Assembly: GCF_026210795.1 (NCBI RefSeq)
Contig: NC_089429.1
Coordinates: 5,766,001-5,830,000 of the forward strand
Direction of reading: 5' to 3'
DNA from: Rhizophagus irregularis
Taxonomy: Eukaryota
DNA length: 64,000 bases
In this document: one piece after another, positions 25,838-39,910 of the stretch
Position numbering within the stretch: position 1 is the first letter of the stretch
Layout of the letters: each line of letters begins with the position of its first letter
Position numbers and translations under genes: made by a program
Notes under the pieces: model-generated
Databases searched by the model: none
Seen by the model: only the letters and a program-made list of their open reading frames with translations
Told to the model about the DNA's origin: nothing

Positions 25838-28103
25838 ATGTCCAATATTCGAAAAGAATTAATACAAGCAGCAATTAGTAGAGCATTTGCATTAATTGAT
25901 TATAATGCACACAATGGCTTCCATGAAGGACATGAATTTATGCAACAAACAATTCTTACTGATAATTCTCTTACGGAAGAAGAAAAAACTGAAGCAATAA
26001 GATTAAATAATAAAAATTATGACCGAGAGAAAATTATTTATAATGATGGAAAAAGAAGAGTTTGTGAAAATTGTAACCAAAAATGTTTAGCTACATTATA
26101 TTGTGAATATTGTGTTCGGAATCATTTAAAATCTAATTTTTCAAATTGGACTTCTGGAAATAATATTATTAATAATTTAATAAAAAATTGTCAAATGGAA
26201 ACACTTACGCCAGATGATATTATTGAATGGATCCCATATAATAATTTAGATAATATTAAATATCTGACAAAAGGTGGATTCTCAGAGATTTATACAGCCG
26301 ATTGGATTGATGGTAAATATGAAGAATGGGATTCTAAAGAGCAACAATTAATAAGATATGGAACTTATGCTGTAATACTTAAAGAATTAAAAAATGTTGA
26401 AAATGCAAGTCAAAGTTGGTTTGAAGAGGTTTGTAAGTTAAAAATATTTAAAGAACTTAAATTTAAAATTTAATTGTTAATAATAATATTTATTATTTTT
26501 AAAGGCTAAATCACATTTAACTTTAGGCAACAAACTTTCAGAGATTGTTCAATGTTTTGGTTTAACACAAAATCCATCAAATAGAAATTATTTACTTGTA
26601 ATGAGAAAGTGTGAATTGAATTTAAGAGAATACTTACAACAAAATCATAATCAACTTACATGGAATGAAAGAATTGGAATTACTTTTTTAATTATTGATA
26701 ACCTTTATTGGGTTCATAAAGAGAATTCAATTCATAGAGATTTGCATTCTGGAAATATATTATATTCACAGCTTAATGATATTTGGTATATTAGTGATCT
26801 TGGATTTTGTGGTCCTGCAGACAAACCATCAACAAGTATATATGGAAATCTTCCTTACATAGCTCCTGAAGTTATTAATGGAAAAGGGTATACTTTTAAA
26901 TCTGATATTTATAGTATTGCAATGCTTATGTGGGAAATGTCATTTGGGCAACCTCCATTTATGAATTATGAACATGATTGTATTCTTGCAATTAATATCA
27001 TTGATGGTATAAGACCAAAAATTATATCAGAAATTCCTTCTGAATATAAAAGTCTAATGGAACAATGTTGGGATGCTAATCCATTAAAAAGGCCCGATAT
27101 TAATACACTTTGTAATAAGATGAATGAAATTAAGTCATATTATCGAAATAATCCAAATGAATTACCTCAATCAATAATAAAAGTAGATAAAAAAACAAGC
27201 AATATAATGAGTAGTAAAATATTTACAAGTAAAATTCATAATTTTGACAATCTACCTGAACCAAAAAATGCAACAGAAGGTATGCTTTTTAAATTTTAAT
27301 GTTTATTAGTAACTATTTGATTTTTTTTTCTTTAACATTATTATTAACGATACCTTTGTTTTAAATTAAATAATAATAGAAGAACAAAAAGGTAATATAA
27401 AGTTAATAATGTTTTAGTATAAATCCTTTAATTAATAATCTTTTTTAAAAAAATAGCATTTTATATCACTAGATCATATGATTTTAGTATTTCTAGTAAT
27501 GGTAAGTATTTATTAAAATAATATTGAATTTTATATAAATAAAATATCGTATGATTGATTTTCATTATATAATAGCTATTAATCTTAGTAAATCAAGTAA
27601 TCAGTATACATCAATTAATTTTAAAGATAATTTATTTTTATATTAGAGTTTTATAATGAATAAATACTAATTTATATCTTGATTATAGATAATGATAGCA
27701 AAGAGTCATCCAGATTATTTAAAAAATTGAAAATGGAGAATGGTAAAGTCTTAATATTTAATTCTAATTTTCGTTGAATATAAGAATGAATATTTTATTA
27801 AATTTGATTTATTAAATAATAGACGACGTTCAAAAAGACTATGAGAGAGAAATAATGCAGCAACGATCAAATATTAGTATTAATGGTAAGTAAAATAAAA
27901 TTATTTATAGTAATGGTCAGTATTATTATTCTAACTTATCATATTTTTATAGATGAAGTACAAAATAATCCAAATCTTCATTCAGAACAAAAGGATAAAC
28001 AAGAAATTCCTGATGGTTTGTTTATAATTTAATATTTAATAATATTAAAATAATATAATATATTTATTCACTAATATATTTATTCTCTTTAGATGGATTT
28101 TAA
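25838..28103 (+). CDS. TKL-like protein kinase: two large exons (25838-26428, 26505-27279) plus about seven C-terminal micro-exons
   Basis: CENC..CEYC and NWTSGN module; KGGFS, VILK, HRDLHSGN, SDLG, YIAPE, CWDANPLKRP; micro-exons at 27380-27391, 27457-27501, 27576-27596(?), 27689-27742, 27823-27885, 27953-28015 and 28093-28103, ending NNPNLHSEQ..EIPDDGF*. Confidence 0.88.
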
Positions 28104-28410
28104 ATTAATTTACTTGAAAACAAATTCATTTTTTATACTACTTATTAATTTTATTTTAAAATTATTTAAACACTAAGATTAGAGTATTAAAAAGATTCTT
28201 AGTTTGTAATTTAAATAATTCGATTCTCTATTTTTTTTATAGGACTTTTCAATTATTAAATAAAGATAATTATAAAATATCATGTGTAAGCAAAGTAATT
28301 TTGTAACAACGCACTAGTAGTTTTTATTAAAAATTATTTATAAATCATTCATTTGATTATTATTTTAAATTGTATAAATTTTAATAATTATGTTATAAAT
28401 TATCAGAATA

Positions 28411-28752
28411 TCTAAATGATTATTATTCATTAAAAAGTGTTAAACCACATTTAAATGCAACATTTGATTAGATTACGTCCAGTTCTCATCCTTAATCAAT
28501 ATCCAACTGGTAACCAATTTCAAACAAATATATCCATTTTTAAGAATATTATTTGAATTTCAAAGTTGACGAAATGTGTATTGTCTAAGTTCATGGAAAT
28601 ATTGTCATCATAATGATGTTAAACTAAATTAATTAAATTTTCTATCAAGAAAAATTGATTTTATCTTATCATTTTATATCCGTATAACATAAATTTTTGT
28701 TTATCTCAAGGTAATCATTGATCCTGATGCGAAGCAACGGGCTTGTTGCTAG
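28411..28752 (+). mobile_element. Non-autonomous Helitron relic (3' end well supported, 5' end tentative)
   Basis: Hairpin CCTGATGC-GAA-GCAACGGG at 28723-28741, then CTAG at 28749-28752 followed by T; candidate A/TC start at 28411. Confidence 0.6.
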
Positions 28753-29380
28753 TTCAAATATTAGTTACATTAAAATTTATTCCCCTAAATCAGTTCATTT
28801 AAATTCAAGATCAAACTTGAAAGAATTTTTAAAATATTCTCAAATATTTTATTAAAATGCATCGGTTAATATAGATAGAGATGATGAAAATATATCATGA
28901 CATTAAATTACATAATTTCGATATTATTTCTTGTGGCACAGACATTATTAAATCGACGACCGATAATATATAACTGATAAGGAAGGAACGATTTACGTAT
29001 TATTTTAGTTCCTTGTTTTTGTTAAAAAATATAAATTATTTAAACCCAAAGTACATCTAAATTATGTTAATATTTTTGAAAAATTAGAACAAACATAAAG
29101 TTGTTAATATTCAATTTTTAAAAGCTGGTAGAATTCATTTTAGCGAAATAATTAGATGAGAAGTGTTTTTTTTTATTGCAAAAAATTGATATAACAAGTA
29201 TTTTAATAGCAGAAAGTATATTATAGGGTAAATAATAGTAATTGCCCATTTTGATTTTTTTTTTTTGATTCTTTGTTACGAGTTCGCGATATTTTAAATC
29301 GATTAGCAACGTAGGACAAGTATAGTCACGTTTTTACCTTTTGTTCGCTCCTGATCACCTGATCACCAACAGAAACGTTG

Positions 29381-29457
29381 CACAACCCTACGCAGAACTC
29401 TCACGAAGTGAGGGTCCAAGCATTCCCACCAAAGAGAAGACCATAAAAAGAATGACT
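29381..29457 (-). ncRNA. Candidate HDV-like ribozyme fold (possibly decayed)
   Basis: Minus strand parses as P1 AGUCAUU / AAUGCUU, P2 UAUGGUC / GGUUGUG (mostly G-U pairs), P3 UUC / GGG, L3 UCUUUGGU, GG after P1, P4 CUCAC-UUC-GUGAG, J4/2 GCGUA. Confidence 0.35.
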
Positions 29458-30450
29458 AACCCGCACTAAGGTTTTGTGTTATATGTCATGAGTGATTTTT
29501 TTTTACGGGAGTAATTTTTTCTCGCATTTTTATTCATATAATTCTATTTAACTTTTACATAGCAATTTTTGCGTAACCCTCCGAATTTAGTATTAGTAAT
29601 CCATTAATGAATGAACGTTGATTTCTCTAATATCTTCTTCTAATTCCTTCTTATATTTCTCTACATACTGTATGTAATATAATGTTTTCTACTTCTATAA
29701 TATTAATCTTATAATTATATATCTAACTATGCTTTAATAAAAGATAACACAATCATATATTTATTATCATATATTTCTCTCATTTATAAAATTAATAATA
29801 ATGTTTATCAGCAAGGACCCGAAAATCAAAATATTTTATATAAATCTATTCATTTTTACATTTAGCGACTCAGCGACTGAATAATCTTGCAGATTTTACT
29901 CATTTTTAACAAATTGCTTGGCACTTCTTAGTATTCTTAAAAAGAAATATTAATACTTTTTTTTATTATTTTACAGTATGATTTGATAAATCCACTAGTA
30001 TATAAAACTTTGATCACATGCATTAATAATTGCGTCACAGTAATTAATCAAAATTAGTGTATTAGTATACAATTTAAAAATTACAAAAGAAGCATTTTTG
30101 AAAAAAATTAAAAGTATTTTAAGAATATTTAAAAAAAAACTAGCCTTAATTAAATTTCTTTAAATATTTATCATCCTTTTTTAAATGTAGATCAAGTGGA
30201 TCAATTCGACTAATTCGTGTTAACTAATAATGCAACTTTAGTTAGCGTATATTATTTGACGTGTTTACTTGTGAAAAAGAGATCATGAAATTTTTAATGT
30301 GTGAATCTTGTCTTTGAAATTCCATCATTTGAATCATATATGATATATCTACGCCGATTCCTGATTTTTCAAATTTTCGAAAGTTACATTATCTTTTTTA
30401 TATAGATATATATATATTTATTTATACATGAATAATTAATTACTTAAAAT

Positions 30451-30555
30451 TAGATGTGCAGCCTTAAACTTAAGCCATAGACGTAATTTGACGTAATTAA
30501 GTCATATGACTTAAAAAGGTTATAACCATAAGGGTAAGATAAAGCTGCACCTCTA
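30451..30555. mobile_element. 105-bp hAT-like MITE in the promoter of P450 copy 1
   Basis: TIRs TAGATGTGCAGCCTTA / TAAAGCTGCACCTCTA (14/16); no TSD retained. Confidence 0.6.
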
Positions 30556-30622
30556 TATAGTTTTCGGTCTATACAGTATATAAATACAAGAACCGTACTT
30601 TGCAATTTTTTAATTTTGAACG

Positions 30623-32341
30623 ATGATTACCACAATTATTTCATCTCTCAGAATCTCCGATATTTTTTCTATCTTAATAATTTATTTAATTATTTACATA
30701 ACTCGTTTCTATTATCATTATTTTACTCGTCCTAATCCTTTACCAGGTCCATTTCCACTTCCAATCTTTGGTAACTCTTATCAACAAATTGGATATCAGA
30801 TATGGATTTAATGATTGGTTATTATCATTACATAAAAAATATGGTGATATTTACGAAATAATCTTGGCAGGTCAACGTTCAATAATACTATGTAACCCAG
30901 ATTTAACTGAAAAAATGAATATATCTTCAACAAAATCTAAATATCCTATTAGATTACCTAATAGTGAAGGATTCGTGGAATATGGATTTGATGGGGTAGG
31001 AGTAGCATTTAATAATGATCTTCAATCTTGGAAATATAATCGTCAATTTTTTAGTCAAGCAATGATGTCTCCAAGTTTTAATTATCAAGCTCTTAAATGG
31101 ACTAATGAATTGTGGAATGAAATGGAATCTTATTGGAACAATCTTGGAGAAGATCATGAATTAGACCTTATAAAATGGTTGCGTAGATTTGCAAATGAAA
31201 TGATTTTTAGGATTTCTACTGGAGTAAAAAATGATGCTATCGCTTCTTATTATAATATAATTATTCTTAATAATAATAATAATAATTCATTAAACGAGAA
31301 AGAAAATGTGAAATTAAAGGAATCTTATGATTTTGTGAATCAATTGAAACTTACATTGAAGGAATTATTTATTTTTTCGCTTTTAATAAATTCATCCGTA
31401 ATAATATTCCATTTATTCGTGGAAAAGTTAAGAAATTATTAAAAAATAAAGATTATTTATTTAGTAAATTATACACTATTGTTAAAGAAAGAAGAATTGA
31501 GATTGAAAATTCACCATTAGATCAACCACTTCGTCATGATATGTTAACGTCGTTTATAACCGCGAATACACCACGTGATATTAACGTTGTGAAACAGGCT
31601 GATTCCGATTTATTAAGACCAATGACTGATAAAGAGATTTTTGGGAATATTCTAGACACGATGCTTGGAGGAACTGATACCGTATGTAAAAAATTTTTAA
31701 TTTTATTTTAATTTAAAAATGTGTACTTTAAGAAAATTTTTTATTTTTTAAAATCATAGACGGCGAATTTGATTTGTTTTGTTGTATATTATCTTGAACA
31801 TTATCCTGAGATAAAAAAACGATTGAGACATGAATTTGATACAGTTCTTGGAGAAGACTTAACAAGACCCATAACATACAAAGATCTTGACAAATTAGAA
31901 TATTGCGATGCAATTATTAAAGAAGTATTCCGCTGTAGCCCTATCTTTATCATTAATGGACGTATAAATTCTCAAAGTGATAAAGTTGGAGGATACGATT
32001 GGCCCGAAGGAACTCAATTTCAGATGCTGTTTTCCGCAATAATAAAACATAAAGATTATTGGACTGAACATGAAAAATTTGATCCTGATAGATTTTACAG
32101 AGTTGAAGAAAGTGATAAATATTTACTTGAAAAGAAAAATATGAAAACCACTTTTCCAATGTTTGGAGGAGGAATTAGAATTTGTCCTAAAAGAATTATA
32201 GAATTAAAATGTTTATTATTCTTAATTTATAGAAAATATGATATTGAATTAGTTGATATGAATTCTCCATTAAAATATAAACGTGATTTTCTTAACCTTT
32301 GTAAAGAATTAATTGTAAAGATTAAGCCACGAAAATTTTAA
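30623..32341 (+). pseudogene. Cytochrome P450 pseudogene (copy 1)
   Basis: Paralogue of copies 2 and 4 with an intron at 31682-31759; 7-nt insertion at ~30797 gives a stop at 30811; 1-nt deletion near 31336; in-frame loss of residues just after the heme Cys (ICPKRIIELK versus ICPGRKLAMIELK). Confidence 0.85.
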
Positions 32342-35300
32342 AAAGTTGAATAGTTGGTATTATTAATATATTTATGTATTTAATTAAACCCATTTATTGT
32401 AACCAAATTAAAATATCTTAACATATACTAATATAATACTTGATTATTTATTTGTTGATAAATCAGTATATACAGTATAGAATCTTTCTTTAAATAATAT
32501 AAAAATATAGAAATTTGATAATTAATAATTAATTACTTATTGCAAATTAAATTTAGACAGCCTAGAACCGGTTGACATCAAAAATACGTTGCGCAAGATC
32601 CGAAATATACAGCAGTCAAACACTCAAACCTCTATATAACGATACAGTGGTATATCAAAATATCGGTGTATGTAATTCTTTAGCAGATTATAATGCGAGC
32701 CAAATCTAGTTCTTGCCAGCATTATGATTAACTTTTCACGTCAACAAGTTTTAATTCTGTTAATGCACGATGACTTAATTGGTTTTTCTTATTCATTAAT
32801 TTTTGTATAATAAAAAATATATTTTCCAAGAGAAATTATGAGAAAAAGATTTTTTTTCAGCCCGAGCGATTATATAACTTATGCATAAGCACATGTTCTA
32901 TGTTATCGTTGGTTTGTAGTTTGCTTTGTGCTTCATTTTATTTTTTCTTTAAGAGTGACATATTTTTTTTGACTTAACAATCCAAATTTAATGATGAAGT
33001 TTTTATTAATCAAATCTCCTTTAATATTTATTCTTCTATTTACAAGAAAAATTGTACAGTAGCCAAAAGAATAGATCAAGTAAGATTATTAGAAAAAAAA
33101 ATCAATAACGTAATTGAACAAATTTTGTAATAGGGATATAAAAATATCACTCACTATTACTGTATATTATTCATATGACCATGTCATAAAAGAATCATCT
33201 TACTTAAATAATAAATTAAACAAAACTTTGACTATAACATACTGTGGAATATAACGTACATTAAAATAATATATTTTCGGCTTGTCAGTTTAATTTGAAA
33301 TCCTAAAGTAATTCTGAAATTTTACAAAGTTTTCTTTCTATTTATTGGCGTGTCCATAATGTCCATAATAAAGATGGTGCATTTGTTATTATATACTTAA
33401 ATTCGTTATTAAAATGTAATAATGTTTCTGCGGTTAATCTCGAAGAGAGGAAGAATAAGTATAAATATAGATTTCAAAATAAATGATAAAAAATTATTTA
33501 TTATTTTTTTTAAATTAGTAATCTAATCAAATTAATTAATTATTAAAATTACTGTAACTTTATCATTTGTAAATCAACTGATTTATATTTTATAATGTTA
33601 GTGTATAATATTAGAGTCTAATTCAAATGGACATCTGTCAGAAAGATTCGTATCGCATTTATTTTCAAAAATTATTCCGAAATATAATTAATTTTTGATT
33701 AATTTAAAAAAAAAGTATTAGGATTTTGGAAATTTGAACTATAGTTTAAAATTATACTGGCTTATAATGTTGATCATCACGTGAAAATATGAGAACCGAT
33801 TTAAAGTTAGTGTCGGTAATGTTAACGCGTCACTGATCACGTGCAAGCACGAGTTAATTATCTGAGGGACTTGGACTTTTTTTAGTGGTCCCGATTTCCT
33901 ATAATGACGTATTGAAAATTGGTTCAAATCAATGACAAAAAACAAAATTCAAAAAATAGAACATCGACTTATTATTATTTTTCATTAATGACGTCGAGTA
34001 ATTCAACACATAGATCTTTAATGATTTTTCAATAGATTTGATTTTCATAATTTTCTTTACATTTTTCTTTTGATTTATTTTCTAATTTTCTCTTTTCCCA
34101 CATTCCCGTTTGGTATCTTTTTTTGGAACTCGTTTTTTCTCTCTTTATGCGATTGCACCATTCACGTAGAATTGCATTATTTATAAACATTGAACGTTAT
34201 TTTTGTAGCCTTACATTAGTTTTAAATCCTGTTTCATAACCGCTCTTAGTTTTCCGATAGTTTGTACTATTTTATGAGTTTTGGAAAAATTATTAAAAAT
34301 GATTATTTTTATTTAAATATTAAAAAAGTTATGTATGATCTAGATTGATAAAAGATCCAAATCCAAATGTATTGTTTAAAGTTGAATTTCAATTATATTT
34401 GTTCGCCCCAAATATATTTTTTTTAACTAAATTTTTTCAGTTAAAAAGTGCCCAAGATTTAAAAAGATTTATTAATTAGATAAATATTATAAAAAAAAAA
34501 CATAACGATAAATAAACAGATTTTTAACAAACTATTAAAATTTAAAAATATATTTTTATTTTATATTAAATTTTATACTTTCATATAAATATGTAATGTG
34601 GCGCCTTGAAATACCATTTTAATGCTTTCAAAGAGGTCTAAAAATACCTTAGTAATGCAATTGTACGTGATTTACCTCGTTATTCATTGTGATTTATGTG
34701 TGATTCAAGTGATTTAAGTGAGATTTTGAAGTTAAAGAGTAAAAAAAATACTGGCCTATTTTTCGACACTTTACAAAAAATCAAGTACGAGAGGCGATAA
34801 TTTTTTCATAAATATGTTTTTTGTATTACATGTTCGATATTAATTTCAATCATTTTGAAAACGGCTATAATTGATCCAAGTAGATTTCTACTCTTTCATT
34901 CCTACTCGTACCGGAATTCTTGCATGTCCTTATTTTCTCCTAATTCACTTTTAGATATTTGTGCAATTTGACCCAGACCACTTGTTTACATTGAGATAAT
35001 AATTGGTGCTGAGTTGTGTTTCATTTTTCGTTTTATGTATTTCTAGATTATTTACCATTATGCATCGAAGCATCTAGACCATCTGATTGTTGGCGTTGAA
35101 TGATTTCATTTACCCAATTTTGGTTAATATGTTTTTTTGTTGCATGCTCAGCGAATCCTTAGTAACACCTGAAAAAATACCGCAATGGCTGGCGTTACGG
35201 TCAGGGATAGACCTAGTACAACATAATATAGAAATTGGCAGTGCAGATCATTTATAATTCTGCCCAAAATTGCGAAACTTTTTCTGGTGTTACTAGGGCA

Positions 35301-36097
35301 GTTTATTGAGTTCGTTATCGTGTACCCGTTTAACGTAATCACTTGTGAAAAGAGATCCCTAAATTCGTAATATTTTCTCTTTAAAATTCCACCACTAAAC
35401 CACACACACCTACGGTAATACAGTCGGGGCAATTATTGAAATTGGGGGTTTGCGTTTAAACTCTAATCAATCAAATTGGTGTCGATCTCACCTTTTTGTT
35501 TGCGTAAATCAAAGAGACAATTGTGAGATATAAAATTTTATATCAAATTTCATAAAAAAAAATTTAAAATCCAATAAATAGTTTCTATTTCTTTCGTAAT
35601 AATGTTTTAAACATTTTACAAAAAAAAAAAGAAATTATTTCATCAATCGATGAAAAGATATCACGATATAATGATCGACATGGACCAATCGAATTTAGGA
35701 AGGCACAAATTAATTTTGGTGATTACCATTACCGCATTTTGCATATTACCTAATTGTCCAATCGTGTAACATTTGTGATCACCAATAATTTCTAGTTTAA
35801 CCCGCTAGAAAATCAATAAACAATTTTTATTCATGTCCAATTTAAAAAATCAAAGTTACATCGCAGTTACTTTTACTATCTTTACATGCAAACAATTAAA
35901 CAACTAATTTAATAAATTAATTTTAATTTTGAACTTTATTTTTTTAACATAAATACAAGTACCGTACTTTTCCGTTTTTTTAACTTTTTAAATTAAGATA
36001 AAAAATTTATTTTTTTATTTTTGTTTTTATTTTATTTTTGTTTTTACTTTGTTTTTTTAATTTTTTTGTTTTTTTTTTTTTTTTTAAAAAAAAAAAA

Positions 36098-37809
36098 ATG
36101 ATTACAACAATTTTTGAAATTTCCAATATTCTTTCTCTCTCATTGATTATTTCAATTACCTATGTAACCCATTTTTATTATCATTATTTTACTCGTCCTA
36201 ATCCTTTACCAGGTCCATTCCCACTTCCAATCATTGGTAACGCACATCAACAAATTGGATATGCATTTAATGACTGGTTAATATCATTAAATAAAAAATA
36301 TGGTGATATGTACGAAATACATTTGGCAGGTCAACGTTTAATAGTGTTATGTAAAACAGATCTAACTGAGAATATGAATATATCAGCCTCAACAAAAACT
36401 AAATATCTTAATAGATTTCATAATAATGAAGGATTCGTTGAATATGGATTTGATGGAGCAGGATTATCATTTAATAATGATTATAAATCTTGGAAATATA
36501 ATCGTCAACTTTTAAGTCAAGCAATGTTAACTCCAAATTTTGATTATCAAGCTATCGAATGGACTAATAAATTATGGAATGAAATGGAATCTTATTGGAA
36601 CAATCTTGGAGAAGATCATGAATTAGATCTTATAAAATGGATGCGTAGATTTACGAGTGAAATGATTTTTAGAATTTCTACTGGAGTAAAAATTGATATT
36701 GTCGCTTCTTATTATAATACAATAAATCTTAAAAATGATTCTTTAAATGAGAAAGAAAATGAAAAATTAAAAGAATCTCGTAATTTTATTGAATCTATTG
36801 AAATTTATATGGATGGATTTATGTATTTTTACACTTTTAATAAATTTATCCGTCAATATTTACCATTTATTCGTGGAAAAGTTAAGAAATATTTGAAAAA
36901 TAGGGATTATTTATTTAATAGATTGTACACTATCATTAAAGACAGAAGGATTGAGATAGAAAATACACCATTAGATCAACCACTTCGTCACGATGTGTTG
37001 ACGTCTTATATAACCGCGAATACATCACGAGATATCAACGATGTGAAACAGGATGACAACGTTGATTTATTAAGACCTATGACTGATAAAGATATTTGTA
37101 TGATTATACTCGACGCAATTCTTGGAGCAACTGATACAGTAAGTAAAATATTTTGATATTATCGTTATTTTTATTTAAAAATATGTTCTCCAAAATAATT
37201 TTATTAAAAAAATCATAGACGGCGAACTTGTTTTGTTATGTTGCATATTATCTTGAACATTATCCTGAAGTGAAACAACGATTAAGACAAGAATTTGATA
37301 AAGTTGTTGGAAATGACTTAACAAGACCTATAACGTATAAAGATCTTGATGGATTGGAATATTGCGATGCAGTTATTAAAGAAGTGTATCGTCACTCTCC
37401 CATAGCATTTGTTCTTGGTCGTATAAGTGCTCAAAATGATAACGTTGGAGGATACGATTGGCCAGAAGGAACTACATTTCAAATTCTTGCTTCCGCAATA
37501 ATGAAACATGAAGATTATTGGACTGAACCTGAAAAATTCGATCCTGATAGATTTTATAAAGTTGAAGAGGGTGATAAATATTTGCTTGAAAAGAAAAAAA
37601 TAAAAAATACTTTTCAAATGTTTGGAGGTGGAGTTAGAATTTGTCCTGGAAAAAAATTGGCAATCATAAAATTAAAATGTTTATTAATTTTAACTTATAG
37701 AAAATATGATATTGAATTAGTTGATAAGAATTCTCCACTACAACATCAAGATGGTTTTATTAACGTTTGTAAAGAATTATTAGTTAAAATTAAGCCAAGA
37801 AAATTTTAA
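36098..37809 (+). CDS. Cytochrome P450 (copy 2), exons 36098-37138 and 37219-37809, ~543 aa
   Basis: N-terminal TM anchor, PLPGPFPLP, I-helix GATDTT, KEVYR (ExxR), FDPDRF, heme motif FGGGVRICPG. Confidence 0.93.
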
Positions 37810-39739
37810 TAAGTGAAATAAGAATTATATAAATATTTACGCATAATTATGTCTATTTATGATTAAAAATTAAAATCGGCTTTTATATTAAGTACGTTAA
37901 ATAATATTTTCATAAATTAAATAATAAATAAAGCTTTGAAAAGTAGATTTTCAAATTTTTCAAATAATTTGGAAATTGTTCTTTTAATACGAATTATATT
38001 TATGATAAAGCAAATTTTATTTAAGAAATTTCTTAAATAGAAGGCACACTGTAGAATTTATTATTAAATCTTTAAATAATAATATTAGCTTAAAAATGGT
38101 TAAGCTTATTAATCAGTTTATCTATCCGATTAAAATAGTACCAGACCATGAAGTTTGTGATAATATTTATTATTTAATGCGCTAAATTCTGAACGGAATT
38201 AAGATCTAAAATTTGTGTAATAAATTAATTCTTTAATGCCTTATAAAAAATGTTGTTCCGTCGTGAGTCGTCGTCCGTGTTCTATATTTCCATGTTTTCC
38301 CGTGAATGTATCTTATAGTCTTAAATCATGGAAATTTTAATCTCTCTAACACGGATATCCGTGAATTTTACGAAAGCCACAGATAAATAATGGAAAATAT
38401 TCGGATAAAAATTTTTTATAGGGATGGAGTTAAAGAAGGTTTTTGGGCTGGTTATAGGTTAATATGATGGATTAAATGGCTTTTCTTAGATACTCATTTT
38501 TGAGGTTTTTTTTGCCTTCAAAACTTCAAAAAAAAATTATTGTGGTGTTAAATTTATAATTCGAAATGAATTTTCAAAACTCCAGACTTTTCGAGTTTCG
38601 AATTGCGGTGATTTTCACTTTTATATGAAGGGACGCAAACCTATTATTGTAAAAAGACGTACGTTTTTTAAGATTAATGATCATAAGAATGTTGTTTGCT
38701 GCTTTAATTGTAGAGTTTAGCCGCCTAAAATAAGACTAGTAAGGGCACTCATCAATATTACCCATATTCAGCTAGGTAATAAAATTTGATTGACGCAAAC
38801 GGATGTAATCGAGAAATTATTCGATCATTTAGCTGTGTGGTCGATCAAAAATCTGACGATCACGTGCAGACGTTTCATCGATCAAATTATTTGATCGATT
38901 GAAAATTATGTTTATTGGTTCGATTAATAACCATACACATAACCAATAAAACCAATAAAAAACAATATTAATAATGTAACGAATGTAACGACCATTTTCC
39001 GACGGATACAGTATATACATCACTTTATATCCCGGGGGTTTACGATAATATCCTGTTCCCCACGTGATAGTGGCGCAACAGCCTGATTTATTTGTACGTT
39101 ATACGCAGTACAAATTGTTTTCTCTTCCTTTTCTCTTCTTTTCAGTTATTTTTAAAAATATTTTTAAAAGTTTAAAAAGAAATATTCTTAAACACTGACC
39201 TTAAATATAGATATTTTTTCACATTAAATCTTATAATAGACGCGTTTTTTGTACAGAAATCTATCAGTATTATTTTATTATTTTAACCAAAATAATATGG
39301 CTTTTATTAAATAAGTAAAGTTATTCAGCAGGTGTGGGAATTTTTAGACATTAAATTTATTGAATTAACTTGAGTATTATAAGTATTTTAGTTTAAAGTT
39401 TCTGTAAAAATTTTAAAAATAGATTTCAAGCTTTAGCAGTCTAAAATTAAAATTTCAGTAATTAAAAAAAAATGAATTTCTATTACGTTCTACGAACGCT
39501 TATATATCAAATACTAATCATTTAAATTTTTTTTTTTAAAAAAAAATTTAAAAATTATTTTAATCTATAATAATTCGTTCTTTATTCGCTAATTTCTATC
39601 CGCAGATCCACCATAGCTAGCAGACTCAGCCATATGCATTTTCACAGATTATTTGGGTTGTAAACCCTTTGACACAACATAGATAATCTATATAGTATCT
39701 CGGTATTCAGGAATATCCGGAAAATGGAAAATGATAAAA

Positions 39740-39910
39740 TATGTTGTCTGGAATTTTTTCATGTCCAGAAGAAAAAAATTGGACATATATTGAATAAGAT
39801 TTACTGGACAAATATAATCGGACGAAATTCCAGACACCAAAAACATATTTTGGACAAATAAAACTGAATATTAAATTCCAGACATTGGAAAAGAGACCAA
39901 TTTTGGACGA
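39740..39910. repeat. Array of TGGACA / TTCCAGACA motifs in both orientations; transposon subterminal-repeat relic
   Basis: tgtctggaat and tgtccaga are followed by several ttggaca, ctggaca and aattccagaca copies. Confidence 0.45.

Noticed and set aside
32613..32643. CAGTCAAAC..CTCTATATAACGA pogo/mariner-like end
   Set aside because: Solo and interrupted; no partner TIR found.
33862..34460. Possible TIR pair GGGACTTGGACTTTTT / AAAAAGTGCCCAAG
   Set aside because: Match too short, no TSD.
35148..35432. 94-aa minus-strand ORF
   Set aside because: Non-ATG start, no motif, overlaps the conserved P450 upstream element.
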